Assembly: GCA_965200245.1 (NCBI GenBank)
Contig: CBDATS010000005.1
Span: forward strand, 160,001-224,000
DNA: 64,000 nt
Direction: 5' to 3'
Source: a bacterium
GTDB lineage: Bacteria > UBA8248
The notes beneath the pieces are model-generated. The model was not told where the DNA came from. It saw only the letters and a list, made by a program, of their open reading frames with translations, and ran no database searches. A program made the position numbers and the translations under genes. Of this stretch, positions 18,817-28,945 are shown one piece after another. Numbering within the stretch: the first letter of the stretch is position 1; each line of letters begins with the position of its first letter.

Positions 18817-19172
18817 CTTCTTCTCCTGTCGAATTGCGCGTTATGCGCCTCGCTTCTACCTCGAAAATCAGACCAAGGGGTTCGTTCGATGCCTACTCCT
18901 TACCATACATGGGGAGAAAATGCTCTCGCTTCCCGAAATATCTCCCGCGCGATATCGAACAGGACAAGTCCTTTTCCCGCTCGAATCGAACGCCTGTTCT
19001 CCTCCGTCTCGCTCAACGCAGCAGCCCTTGACACGGAGGTTTCAGCGGGGATAATGAAGTATTCTCAAATTGCGTAGAAAATCGCGCGAGCCCTGTTGGT
19101 TTGCACGGGGGGGGCGGAGAATTGTACCGGCCAAATGATTCAAGTTCATAGGGAACTCTTCGAGTTTCATCC

Positions 19173-19192
19173 GGTGATGAGGTGTCATCACC
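19173..19192. promoter_or_regulatory. Inverted repeat, possible operator upstream of the TAXI operon
   Basis: GGTGATGA-GGTG-TCATCACC about 40 nt before the TAXI start. Confidence 0.3.
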
Positions 19193-19232
19193 ATCAAATC
19201 GTGAAAGTTTTCAACATCAAAAGGAGTCCGTA

Positions 19233-20225
19233 ATGAAGAAATTCGCATTCCTGGCAACAGTCGCGGTGGCCTTGTCCTTTATGATCGGCACGGCCGACGC
19301 TGTCGAGCGTTATCGCTTCGGTGGAGGCCCCTCCGGCGGCGCGTGGCATCCCTCCATCAGCGCGGGAACACAGCTTCTCAACAGGAAGCTCGGCAAGAAG
19401 TTCTACTTCCAGTATTCCCCCTCGGCCGGTTCGGTGGCCAACGTCCGGCGTGTGGGTCTGGGCGAGTTCGCCACCTCGTGGGGACATGTCGGCCAAGTCT
19501 ACCAGTCATGGACTGGCACGGGCCTGTTCAAGAAAGACGGCGCCAACAAGAACTTCCGCATCGTCGCCAACGTCCGCGCGCAGTCGCAGATCATCGCCGT
19601 ACTGGCGGACAGTACCATCAAGTCCTACAAGGACATGGTCGGCAAGCGCGTGAACCTGCTCAAGCAGGGAACGGGTAGCCACGTGAACTGCAAGAACATC
19701 TTCGCCGCAGTCGGCATTCTCGACAAGATTCAGCCGCGCTACCTAGGCTTCGCCGCCTCCGGCCGGGCCCTGGGCGACCGCCAGATCGACGTCTACTGCT
19801 CCGCAGGTGCGCCGTTCACCATCCCGGCTCTCACCCGGCTCTCCATCCAGAAGCCGGTGCGCTACATCAGCCTGAGCGAGGCCGAGCAGAAAAAGGTGAC
19901 CGGTGACCACAAGTTCTACGTGCCCGTCACCATTCCCGTCCAGAAGGAAGTGCGTGGAATGAAGGCTCCGGCGCGCTCCATCGCCTATGACGTCTGGTGG
20001 ATTGCACACAAGCAGATGTCAAACGATGCCGTCTATAACATGCTCAAAGTTATCGCCTCGCCCGAGAATCTCAAGCAATTGACCAAGACGGCACGCTACT
20101 GGCGCGATCTGAGCGGCAACTTCAACGCCCTCAAGGTTCACAAGATATGGGTGCACCCCGCCGCCGCACGTTACTGGAAAGAACGCGGCGTGAAAATACC
20201 GGCCGAGGTCGTGAAAGGCTTCTGA
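19233..20225 (+). CDS. TAXI-family TRAP transporter solute-binding protein
   Basis: Signal peptide, GGGPSGGAWH, SAGSVAN, GTGS, HPAAARYWKERG. AAGGAG RBS. Confidence 0.93.
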   Translation: MKKFAFLATVAVALSFMIGTADAVERYRFGGGPSGGAWHPSISAGTQLLNRKLGKKFYFQYSPSAGSVANVRRVGLGEFATSWGHVGQVYQSWTGTGLFKKDGANKNFRIVANVRAQSQIIAVLADSTIKSYKDMVGKRVNLLKQGTGSHVNCKNIFAAVGILDKIQPRYLGFAASGRALGDRQIDVYCSAGAPFTIPALTRLSIQKPVRYISLSEAEQKKVTGDHKFYVPVTIPVQKEVRGMKAPARSIAYDVWWIAHKQMSNDAVYNMLKVIASPENLKQLTKTARYWRDLSGNFNALKVHKIWVHPAAARYWKERGVKIPAEVVKGF

Positions 20226-20257
20226 TTCTCGCAACGAAACCCCGGCAAGCAATCGCC

Positions 20258-20299
20258 CCCGGGGAGGAGGAGAAACGGAAAAATCTCCTTCTCCCCGGG
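20258..20299 (+). terminator. Strong stem-loop between the TAXI gene and its permease
   Basis: CCCGGGGAGGAGGAGA / TCTCCTTCTCCCCGGG (16 bp with one G-U pair) followed by ATTCTTT. Confidence 0.6.
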
Positions 20300-20365
20300 A
20301 TTCTTTCACTTGATGGAATTTTTCGCCACTAGAGGCCCGCTCGCCTGGGCCGGGATAAGGACGCC

Positions 20366-22834
20366 ATGTTTCGAAATCTCCTGCCCGTTTTAATGAAGCT
20401 GGGCCTCATATCGGACGAGATGGTCGTTCCGCGCAATCTGCAGGGTTTTTCGCGCATTATCGTCTCGATTATTTCCGTCGCGTTTTCCTATTTCTTCGTT
20501 CATATCTCATACTTCGGTCCCCCGCGTTCGGAAATCTTCAAGGGCGTCTACATTCTGGCGACCGCCACGTTGTGCATTCTCGTCTATAAAGGCAGGCAAA
20601 GGCCCGTCCGTGAGGGGTTCGCCTATCTGGACGAAATCTTTTCGTTCCTCGCCATCGTCGTCATGTGCGCCTCCCTAGCCCTGTGGGCGTATTGGGGCGC
20701 TTTCTTCGGCGATGTGCTCTGGAGCGAGTTCATGGTTGGCGGAACCTACCTGATCGCCCTGCTCGGCGGGCTGTTCGGCGCGATCCTGTATCGCTTTGAA
20801 GCCACCAAAGAGCGCATATCGGAACTCCCTTCGCTATCGGACTGGCTGTTCATCGTATCGGCCGTCGCCCCCATCATCTGGTGGAACATCTACAATATCG
20901 AACTCACCACGCGCATCGGCGGTCCCGTGCCCACCTCGGTGGTGATCTACACGCTGCTGCTTACTGCAGTGAGTTTCGACATCGCAAGACGCGTCATCGG
21001 CCCGGTTATCCCGTTCATCGGCTTCTTCTTCCTGATCTACAGTTTCAAGCCCATCGCACAGATATCGCCGGGCCTTCTCTACCACGACGGCTTCGGGCTC
21101 GACCGCGTCACCGAGTTCCTGATGCTGGAGGCCGACGGCATCACCGGTCTCATCGTCGAGGTGTTCGCCACCTACATCGTCATCTTCGTCGTTCTGGGCG
21201 CATTCCTGGAAAAGACTGGCTTGGGCGAATTCCTCATCGACGCCACCTACCGGGTGACAGGCCAAAAAACGGGCGGCCCCGGCCTCACGGCGGTCATGTC
21301 GAGTGGTCTGTTCGGTATGATCTCGGGTAGCGGCGTGGCCAACGTAGTGACGACGGGCACGTTCACCATCCCCCTCATGAAGCGAGTGGGCTACCGCCCG
21401 GAATTCGCGGGCGCAGTTGAGGCGGCCGCCTCAACGGGAGGCGCCTATATGCCTCCCATCATGGCGGGCGCGGCCTTTCTGGTCGCGCAGCTCACCGAAA
21501 CCTCTTATTTCGATATTGTCAAGATAGCGACGCTCCCGGCCATCCTCTACTATCTATCCGTGGGCTACATGGTCTACATCCGCGCCGTGCGGCGGGGACT
21601 CCACGGCGTCGACCCCTCGGAGTTACCCCCCTGGAGCAGAATCGTTCCGCGACTTCATTTCCTGCTGCCCATCCCGGTAATGGTCTACTTCCTCGTCATC
21701 GGCGATTCTGCGTTCCTTGCTGCCTTCAAGACCATCTGCCTCATCGTGATGCTCAAGATTTGCGAACTGCTCTCGAACATCAACATACCCACCGCCGCTC
21801 AAACGGCCCGTCCGTTCCTGTACATCTCGATTCTCTTCGGTGTCTTGTCTTATTTCTTCGGCCTGAAAATCGGTCCTCCGTTTTCGTGGTTCGCGGACAC
21901 GCTGCGCGGCATGAACTGGGGAGACGCCCTGTTCTGGACAATAGCGATGTTCATCGTCCTGAAGCTCGCCGAGATCCTCTCGACTGCAATGCGGACGGAA
22001 AACGGTGAATCCGAATACGAAACGGGACCGATTCTCTTCACGCGGCTTCGGGAGCTAGTGGTTGAGATCGTCAAGGTGACCTGGATTTCCCTGGAGGCAG
22101 GCGCGAGGAACACACTCGTCATCGGCTGCATCGCGTGCGTGCTGGGCATCCTGCTCTCCTGCGCGACGCAAAGCGACCTGTCGGGCCGTATCTCCATCCT
22201 GCTGACGGAATTCAGCTTCGGCCTCCTGCCACTCACAATCATCTGGGTAATCATCGCCGGCTACATCGTCGGCATGGGTCTTCCCATCACGGCGAGCTAC
22301 GTGGTGCTGGTCATCTTCGGTGTCATTGCACTCACCAACCTTGGCGTGCCGACCGTCCACGCGCACCTCATCTGCTATTGGGTAGCCGTCGTGAGCGCAG
22401 TTACCCCGCCGGTCGCACTGGCAGCGTACGCGGCGAGCGCCATCGCGGTGTCGGACCCGGTGAAAACAGGCTTTCAGGCACTCAAACTCGCCTCGTGGCT
22501 CTTCATCATGCCGTTCCTGTTCGTCTATACTCCCCTTCTTCTGAGTGGCACGACGACCGAGGTGACCATCACCTTCGTGGCGTGTCTCATCGGCATCGTC
22601 GGTTGGGCCGGTTGGATGGAGAATTTTATGACGCGGCACGCAAACGGTCTTGAACGGGCGTTGATGTTCATCGGCTCTGTGTGTCTCCTGTTGCCTGTGG
22701 GAAATTTCGTCACCTTCATCACCCCGCTGGAAGGGGATTTGAGATATCTCTCTTACGCCGTGGGCATCGTCTCCCTCGTCGCAGTGCTCGTCTTGCAACG
22801 CACGCGCGGCGGCGTGGACCCCGAACCCGCGTAA
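20366..22834 (+). CDS. TRAP transporter fused 4TM/12TM permease (TAXI partner)
   Basis: SGSGVANVVTTGTFTIPLMK, AVEAAASTGG, PPIM, GMGLP, VTPPVALAAYAA, FIMPFLFVY. Confidence 0.93.
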   Translation: MFRNLLPVLMKLGLISDEMVVPRNLQGFSRIIVSIISVAFSYFFVHISYFGPPRSEIFKGVYILATATLCILVYKGRQRPVREGFAYLDEIFSFLAIVVMCASLALWAYWGAFFGDVLWSEFMVGGTYLIALLGGLFGAILYRFEATKERISELPSLSDWLFIVSAVAPIIWWNIYNIELTTRIGGPVPTSVVIYTLLLTAVSFDIARRVIGPVIPFIGFFFLIYSFKPIAQISPGLLYHDGFGLDRVTEFLMLEADGITGLIVEVFATYIVIFVVLGAFLEKTGLGEFLIDATYRVTGQKTGGPGLTAVMSSGLFGMISGSGVANVVTTGTFTIPLMKRVGYRPEFAGAVEAAASTGGAYMPPIMAGAAFLVAQLTETSYFDIVKIATLPAILYYLSVGYMVYIRAVRRGLHGVDPSELPPWSRIVPRLHFLLPIPVMVYFLVIGDSAFLAAFKTICLIVMLKICELLSNINIPTAAQTARPFLYISILFGVLSYFFGLKIGPPFSWFADTLRGMNWGDALFWTIAMFIVLKLAEILSTAMRTENGESEYETGPILFTRLRELVVEIVKVTWISLEAGARNTLVIGCIACVLGILLSCATQSDLSGRISILLTEFSFGLLPLTIIWVIIAGYIVGMGLPITASYVVLVIFGVIALTNLGVPTVHAHLICYWVAVVSAVTPPVALAAYAASAIAVSDPVKTGFQALKLASWLFIMPFLFVYTPLLLSGTTTEVTITFVACLIGIVGWAGWMENFMTRHANGLERALMFIGSVCLLLPVGNFVTFITPLEGDLRYLSYAVGIVSLVAVLVLQRTRGGVDPEPA

Positions 22835-22864
22835 TTCGCAACGGAATCCCGAGAAGGAGACATC

Positions 22865-23497
22865 ATGAGCGCTAATCCTCCCGCTCTGAGGCGCATACAA
22901 CACGTGGGTCTGAAGGTCCACGACCTGGACGAGGCGGTGGCCTTTTACCGTGACGTCATAGGGCTTCGGGTCTCGGACCGTTACGAGCCGGGGGACAATC
23001 CCCACAGCCCATGGGGGATATGCTTCATGCGCTGCGGCGAGGGTCATCACGAGGTATCCCTCATCGCCTACCCCAAGGAAGCCGGCCTCACGCCCAAGGA
23101 AGGCGACATGCGAAAACCCGAGGTCGGCCTGCACCACGTGGCTTTCGAGGTCGGATCGAAAAAAGAACTCGAAACCTGGGCGGAACATATCCGTTCACAC
23201 GGCATCCAAATCGCTGCGGGGCCACTCGTCCACAGCCCCACGCATCCCGAGGGCGACGGAACCCTGGGCGAAAACCGCGCCTTTTACTTTCACGACCCTT
23301 GCGGAAACGGCATCGAGATTTTCTGCGACCTCGCCCGGATGGACGCAGACACCAACCGCGTGAACGAGGCGTGGTTCCGTGACAGGCTCGAGCGCGACGG
23401 CTTCTCGCGCGGCGACGCTGACCCGCCCCCCGCCTGGCGGCCCAGCGTATCGAGCATGGCGGGCGCGAAAGAGAAATTCGGCAGCGCTTCCTCCTGA
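22865..23497 (+). CDS. VOC family protein (glyoxalase / extradiol dioxygenase-like)
   Basis: IQHVGLKV, HHEVSL, GLHHVAF, FYFHDPCGNGIEI. Confidence 0.85.
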   Translation: MSANPPALRRIQHVGLKVHDLDEAVAFYRDVIGLRVSDRYEPGDNPHSPWGICFMRCGEGHHEVSLIAYPKEAGLTPKEGDMRKPEVGLHHVAFEVGSKKELETWAEHIRSHGIQIAAGPLVHSPTHPEGDGTLGENRAFYFHDPCGNGIEIFCDLARMDADTNRVNEAWFRDRLERDGFSRGDADPPPAWRPSVSSMAGAKEKFGSASS

Positions 23498-23526
23498 CCC
23501 ACCGCGACGCACGAAGGAAAACGAAA

Positions 23527-24783
23527 GTGGTGCATCGTGCCCAAGACTTGCCTGAGAGTCCCATGGGGGGAGGGTCTCGCTACAAGACGGTGGCCCTTCT
23601 CGCCTTCGCGCTGGCGTTTATCGTCCTTTCCTCGCTTGGAACGCTGGACCATTTCGCCCAGAAGCGTATTAAAAAAACGATGACGAAGTCCCTAGGCATA
23701 TATGCCACATCAAGGACCATCAATGCCGGGATTTCTATACTTCAAACTTCACAGGTCAAATTACCTCTTATCGCATCAGTGCAGGTGGGCGAGGTGCTGG
23801 ATCCGTTAAATGATGCCGTCGAGCGACTCTCATCCGTGATGACCTGGGCGATCGGTTCGCTGGCTCTACAGGTCTTCGTCCTGGAAGTCGCTTCGAGTTG
23901 GGTTTTCAAGTGCCTTTTTTTATTAATCAGTCTCGCAGCGATACCAGCCCTGGTGCTTGTAGACACGAAATATTTCCCAAAACCGCTTCAGGCAATACCC
24001 GGGTTTTCCAAGGCAAACCTGGAACGCTACAGCGAACTGTCCCTTCGGGTATTCGTCTTCGCTGTCATCTTCCGTTTTATCGTTCCAGTGTTCGTCACAA
24101 CCAGCTTTTTGCTCAGTCAGACGTTTCTGGGGGCAGAGATCGACAAATACAAAGAGAATTTGTCGTGGATTCGAGAACAAATGCCGCATGTTGCTAAAGT
24201 GGATTCTCCCGATAGTCAGGAAATTAAGAGAGGAGAAGTACGTAAGGTCTCTGAATTGGAGAAAGAATCGGAGAAACTCAAAAAACTCGTTTCGGAGCAA
24301 GAGAAGAAAAAACTGGACCTGAACGAACAACTCGATGCGAAAGAGGATTGGCTAGATTGGTTGGATCGGTGGCGTCCGGAATTTATTGGCGGCGCGCCTC
24401 CGAGAAAAGAGCCTTTAGAACTACAGGAAGTCAAACAGAATATAGAGAAATATCAGAAGCGAATCCAAGCCATCGAAACTGACCTTGATTGCATCAGGCG
24501 AATACGCGCAGGCGAGGATTGCGATTCTTGGCTGAAGGCAATATGGAAGAAAACAGATATTTCCAAGAACTTTGAGGAAGTCTCCAATAAGGCTGACGAG
24601 ATTGTTGAAAACTTAGTTCGTCTCTTGTCCGCCATTGTGATAGAAAACATTCTTCTCCCGCTCGTTTTCCTGGCGATCGCCATAAAGTGCAGCCTGCCTC
24701 TTGCCAGACACTCGACGCGATTGATCTCTGCAATGAGGCGGGATGCGAAGGAACTGCGGGGCTATATGGGCAAAGGGGATTGA
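23527..24783 (+). CDS. Hypothetical integral membrane protein with a long coiled-coil loop (start 23527 or 23563)
   Basis: YATSRTINAGISILQ...GEVLDPLNDAVERLS between TM helices, an E/K-rich coiled coil, and a C-terminal TM helix. Visibly AT-richer than its neighbours. Confidence 0.7.
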   Translation: MVHRAQDLPESPMGGGSRYKTVALLAFALAFIVLSSLGTLDHFAQKRIKKTMTKSLGIYATSRTINAGISILQTSQVKLPLIASVQVGEVLDPLNDAVERLSSVMTWAIGSLALQVFVLEVASSWVFKCLFLLISLAAIPALVLVDTKYFPKPLQAIPGFSKANLERYSELSLRVFVFAVIFRFIVPVFVTTSFLLSQTFLGAEIDKYKENLSWIREQMPHVAKVDSPDSQEIKRGEVRKVSELEKESEKLKKLVSEQEKKKLDLNEQLDAKEDWLDWLDRWRPEFIGGAPPRKEPLELQEVKQNIEKYQKRIQAIETDLDCIRRIRAGEDCDSWLKAIWKKTDISKNFEEVSNKADEIVENLVRLLSAIVIENILLPLVFLAIAIKCSLPLARHSTRLISAMRRDAKELRGYMGKGD

Positions 24784-24851
24784 GAGGGCCGCAACGCAAC
24801 CTCAGAAGCGTCGCCGTGTGACATCCCGAACCCAATGGAGGGAACATCAAA

Positions 24852-25808
24852 ATGACACATCGCGTCTTGAGCGTGGATGAGCGCACCAGAACGCAGCCGG
24901 CACGCCGGGCCTTCATGGAGGAATACCTGCACGAGGGCTATAAGTTCGTGGAACCGGAATCGTTCGACGACGACGCTCTCCGCGAGGCAGTTGCCGGGGC
25001 GTGCGCGCTCTTCACCGGGTTCGCCCCTATCTCGCGGGAGATGATGGAGGCGGGGCCGGGCATCAAGGTTGTCGGCAAGGTGGGCACGGGCGTGGACAAC
25101 ATTGATGTGGCAGCCGCCACCGAACTCGGTATTCCCGTCGCCAACGCGCCGGGCTGGATGCGCTGCGTCCCCGTGGCGGAACACGCCATGACGCTCACAC
25201 TCATCATGGCGCGAAGACCCTGGCTCTGGCCCACCGAAGAGCGCAGGCTCCACTTTCAGCTACAGGGTGCGACGATGGGGATTGTCGGTCTCGGGAACAT
25301 CGGCCAGGCCCTCGCCAGGCGCGCTGCCGCCTTCGATATGAATATCTACGCCTACACGCGCACGCGGGGAAAATTCAAGCCTGACGATTTCGAGATAGAA
25401 GAGGTGGAAACGCTGCACGATCTGCTTCCGCGCGCCGACTTCGTGGTACTCACCCTGCCCCTGACGCCCGAGAACCAGGGAATGATAGGTGCACGAGAGT
25501 TCGAACTCATGAAAGAGACAGCTTATCTCGTCAACGTCTCGCGCGGCCCCCACGTGGATACCGAAGCACTGACAGACGCAATCCGCGAGGGGAAAATCGC
25601 TGGCGCAGGGCTCGACGTGGTGGAAACCGATCCCCTGCCCGGGGGCCACCCCCTCTCTAATTTTCCAAATGTCGTCATCTCGCCCCACAACGCCGCCCAG
25701 ACCGAGAGCGTCCAGCGTGAGAGCTACAAGCTTTTGTGCGATAATATCAAACGGGCGGTGGAAGGTGAGAAAGTTACCTCGCTCGCCAATCCTGAAATCT
25801 ACGAATAA
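24852..25808 (+). CDS. D-isomer-specific 2-hydroxyacid dehydrogenase
   Basis: GTGVDNID, GIVGLGNIG, NVSRG, GAGLDV, SPHNAA. Confidence 0.92.
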   Translation: MTHRVLSVDERTRTQPARRAFMEEYLHEGYKFVEPESFDDDALREAVAGACALFTGFAPISREMMEAGPGIKVVGKVGTGVDNIDVAAATELGIPVANAPGWMRCVPVAEHAMTLTLIMARRPWLWPTEERRLHFQLQGATMGIVGLGNIGQALARRAAAFDMNIYAYTRTRGKFKPDDFEIEEVETLHDLLPRADFVVLTLPLTPENQGMIGAREFELMKETAYLVNVSRGPHVDTEALTDAIREGKIAGAGLDVVETDPLPGGHPLSNFPNVVISPHNAAQTESVQRESYKLLCDNIKRAVEGEKVTSLANPEIYE

Positions 25809-25832
25809 AGCGCGCCGCAGAGGAGATTCACG

Positions 25833-26969
25833 ATGGAAGATGCACCCATTCGAGGCCTTGAGGGCGTCATTGCGGCCGATACGAGGATATGCTCCCTGGA
25901 CGGCGAGAACGGGGTTCTGGGGTACTACGGCTACGATGTGCCCGAAATGGTGCGCAAGAGGGTTACCTTCGAGGAGGTCGTCTATCTCCTGTGGCACGGC
26001 GAATTGCCCACCCGCGAACGTCTGAAGGAATTCGACAAGGCCATGAAGGCCGAGCGCGCCCTCTCGTCCGGAATGCTGCGCGCCCTGAAACAGGTACCTC
26101 CCGGCGAGCAGAGAACGGCGGCGTTAAGGGGAGGCTTGGGGATTCAGGGGCTATTCGATCCCGAGGCGGAAAATTCCTCTGTGGAGGCGAACCGCAGAAA
26201 GGCGCTCAGGCTCACCGCGAAAATGCCCACCATCGTCGCGGCGCAACACCGCTTGGCGGCGGGCCTCAAACCCCTGAACCCGCGTAAGGGTCTCGGGCAC
26301 GCGGCGAATTTTCTCTACATGATCACGGGCAAGACACCCGACAGGATCGACGCCCGTGCACTCGACGCCACCCTCGTCCTCTATGCAGAACACGAATTCA
26401 ACGCCTCTACCTTCGCGACGCGCGTCGTCACTTCCACCATGTCGGACATTTACTCCGCCGTTACGGCGGGCGTCAGTGCTCTCAAGGGACCACTGCACGG
26501 GGGCGCAGGCCTCGCGGTGATGGAGACTTTACGGGAGATCGGCGACATCAAGAACGTGGAGCCCTTCGTTGAGGCAGCGCTCGCCAGAAAAAGGCTCTTC
26601 ATGGGCTTCGGCCATCGGGTCTACACCAGGAGCGGCGATCCACGCGCCAGCGTGCTCATCCAGTTGGCAGAGGAAGTGTGCCATCGGCCCGGTCGCGACG
26701 CCAAATGGTTCGACATGGCACGCGCGCTCGACAACGCCGTGCAGAGCCGGAAGGGCGTCATTCCCAACGTGGACTTCTACTCGGCACCGCTGTGGCAGGG
26801 GCTGGGCATTCCCATGGAGCTGTTCGTCCCCATCATCGCCATGTCACGGGTCGCGGGCTGGACAGCCAACATCCTCGAGCAGCAGGCTGACAACCGTCTC
26901 ATCCGTCCACGGGCGCGCTACACCGGCCCCGAAAAGCGGCGTTACAGGACGTTGAGAAGCCGTGACTGA
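25833..26969 (+). CDS. prpC: Citrate / 2-methylcitrate synthase (PrpC-like)
   Basis: GLEGV, EHEFNASTF, KGPLHGGA, GFGHRVY, PNVDFY, LIRPR. Clustered with aconitase and prpF. Confidence 0.85.
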   Translation: MEDAPIRGLEGVIAADTRICSLDGENGVLGYYGYDVPEMVRKRVTFEEVVYLLWHGELPTRERLKEFDKAMKAERALSSGMLRALKQVPPGEQRTAALRGGLGIQGLFDPEAENSSVEANRRKALRLTAKMPTIVAAQHRLAAGLKPLNPRKGLGHAANFLYMITGKTPDRIDARALDATLVLYAEHEFNASTFATRVVTSTMSDIYSAVTAGVSALKGPLHGGAGLAVMETLREIGDIKNVEPFVEAALARKRLFMGFGHRVYTRSGDPRASVLIQLAEEVCHRPGRDAKWFDMARALDNAVQSRKGVIPNVDFYSAPLWQGLGIPMELFVPIIAMSRVAGWTANILEQQADNRLIRPRARYTGPEKRRYRTLRSRD

Positions 26970-28944
26970 TCCGGGAACGCGCAGCCTCACGCAAAAGCTC
27001 ATCGACGCGCACCTGGTTTCGGGTGCTTCGAGAACACCGGGTGAAGAAGTCGAAATACGAATCGACCAGGTACTCTTGCAGGACGCATCCGGCCCGACCG
27101 CCCTGCTCCACTTCGAGGCGATGGGCCTTGCGCGCGTGAAGCAGAAAACGGCCGTCATGTACGGCGACCACCAGACCATCCAGGTCAACAGCCTCCACAC
27201 CGACGCCCACCGCTTCATGCTCGGTTTCTGCCGAAAGCACGGCATCCATTTCTCGAAACCGGGAAACGGCATCTGCCACAATGTGCATCTGGAAGAATTC
27301 TCGATCCCCGGCGAGAGTCTTATCGGAACGGATTCACATACCCCCCAAGGCGGCGCGGTAGGAATGCTCGCCGTGGGTGCTGGCGGCATGGACGTTGCGA
27401 CCACCATGGCAACGGGCGCGACCATCATCCCGCGTCCAGTCATCGTCGAGGTAAGACTCACCGGGAAGCTGGGGGCCTGGGCCACGGCGAAAGACGTCAT
27501 TCTCGAACTCTTGCGCCGCCTGGGCGCGCGTGGAGGAATCGGCAAATATTTCGAATACACAGGATCCGGCACCCGCACTCTCACGGTGCCGGAGCGTTTC
27601 ACCATCGCGAGCATGGGCACGGAACTCGGCCTTACGGGCAGCATTTTCCCGAGTGACGCACAGACAAAGATGTTCTACGAACGCATTGGCCGCCTCGCCG
27701 ACTGGTCACCGCAGGAAGCGGAAACGGACGCCAAGTATGACGAGAGAATCGAACTCAACCTCGCAGACATCCAGCCACTCGTCGCCCTGCCCTCCAATCC
27801 CGAGAATGTCGTCCCCGTCACAGAAACCCTCGGCATACCCATCCACCAGGTCATCATCGGAAGCTGCACGAACGGCACGTTCACCGACATAGCCTCTTTC
27901 GCGCAGGTGCTGAGAGGCCGCAAGGTGGCCGACAGCGTCGATGCGATTGCCTTTCCGGGTAGCCGACAGGCATTTGAGGAACTTGCGAGAGAGGGACACC
28001 TGGCCGATCTGCTCGCTGCAGGCGTATGCATCTCGGAATCAACGTGTGGTTCGTGCCCCGGCTATGCGCACATCCCCGCCCCGGGCATGAACTCCCTGCG
28101 CACATTCAACCGGAACTTCAAGGGCCGCTCCGGACTGAGCGAGGACGCTGTCTATCTCGCAAGTCCCGAACTAGTCGCCGTGGCAGCCCTGCACGGCGAG
28201 ATAAGAGACCCGAGAGACGAAGGAAATGCACCCGAGGTTCTGCTCCCTTTCCGTTTCGCAAGCGACAAGACGGCAATCGTGGAACCAGCGGAGGCTCCGG
28301 CGGAGGTGGAGATTATCCGGGGACCCAATATCCAGCCTGTTCCGGTGGGAGAGTCACTCGGCGATTCCTATACGGGAGAAATCCTCATCAAATTGGGCGA
28401 TAACGTATCGACCGATCACATCAGCCCGGCGGGCGTCGAGGCCATCACCTACAGAACGAACATGCCGGCACTGGCCGATTTCACCTTCAGGCGCGTGGAT
28501 GAAACGTTCGCCTCCCGAGCGCGGGAGGCGAACGGCGGCGTTATCGTCGGGGGAAAGACATACGGACAGGGGTCCGCCCGCGAGCAGGCGGCCATCTGCC
28601 CGATGACACTCGGTGTGCGTGCCGTCATCGCCAAGAGTTTTGCGAGAATCCACCGGGCGAACCTCATCAACTGGGGTATCCTGCCGTTGACGTTCACCGA
28701 TGAGGATGACTACCAAAAGGTGGACCTCGGCCAGAACCTCTCGATATCGAACATCAAGGATTCGCTCACGACGGGTCTTTTCCAGATCGAAAACCGGGAT
28801 ACAGGCAACACCTTCGGTGCCTCGTGCCCGCTCACGGAACGCGAGCGGCGCATGCTCGCCGCGGGCGGCGCGCTGGCCCTCGCACGCATCGTGGGAGGAA
28901 GTTCAGGCACGGCAAACCCCTTTCACAGGCAGAACGGGGCCTGA
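26962..28944 (+). CDS. Aconitate hydratase family [4Fe-4S] enzyme (about 660 aa, Aquifex/archaeal-type)
   Basis: PGNGICH, GTDSHT, IGSCTNG and CGSCPG Fe-S ligands, RTFNRNFKGR, STDHISP, YGQGSAREQA, FARIHRANL. Confidence 0.92.
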   Translation: MTDPGTRSLTQKLIDAHLVSGASRTPGEEVEIRIDQVLLQDASGPTALLHFEAMGLARVKQKTAVMYGDHQTIQVNSLHTDAHRFMLGFCRKHGIHFSKPGNGICHNVHLEEFSIPGESLIGTDSHTPQGGAVGMLAVGAGGMDVATTMATGATIIPRPVIVEVRLTGKLGAWATAKDVILELLRRLGARGGIGKYFEYTGSGTRTLTVPERFTIASMGTELGLTGSIFPSDAQTKMFYERIGRLADWSPQEAETDAKYDERIELNLADIQPLVALPSNPENVVPVTETLGIPIHQVIIGSCTNGTFTDIASFAQVLRGRKVADSVDAIAFPGSRQAFEELAREGHLADLLAAGVCISESTCGSCPGYAHIPAPGMNSLRTFNRNFKGRSGLSEDAVYLASPELVAVAALHGEIRDPRDEGNAPEVLLPFRFASDKTAIVEPAEAPAEVEIIRGPNIQPVPVGESLGDSYTGEILIKLGDNVSTDHISPAGVEAITYRTNMPALADFTFRRVDETFASRAREANGGVIVGGKTYGQGSAREQAAICPMTLGVRAVIAKSFARIHRANLINWGILPLTFTDEDDYQKVDLGQNLSISNIKDSLTTGLFQIENRDTGNTFGASCPLTERERRMLAAGGALALARIVGGSSGTANPFHRQNGA

Positions 28945-28945
28945 T

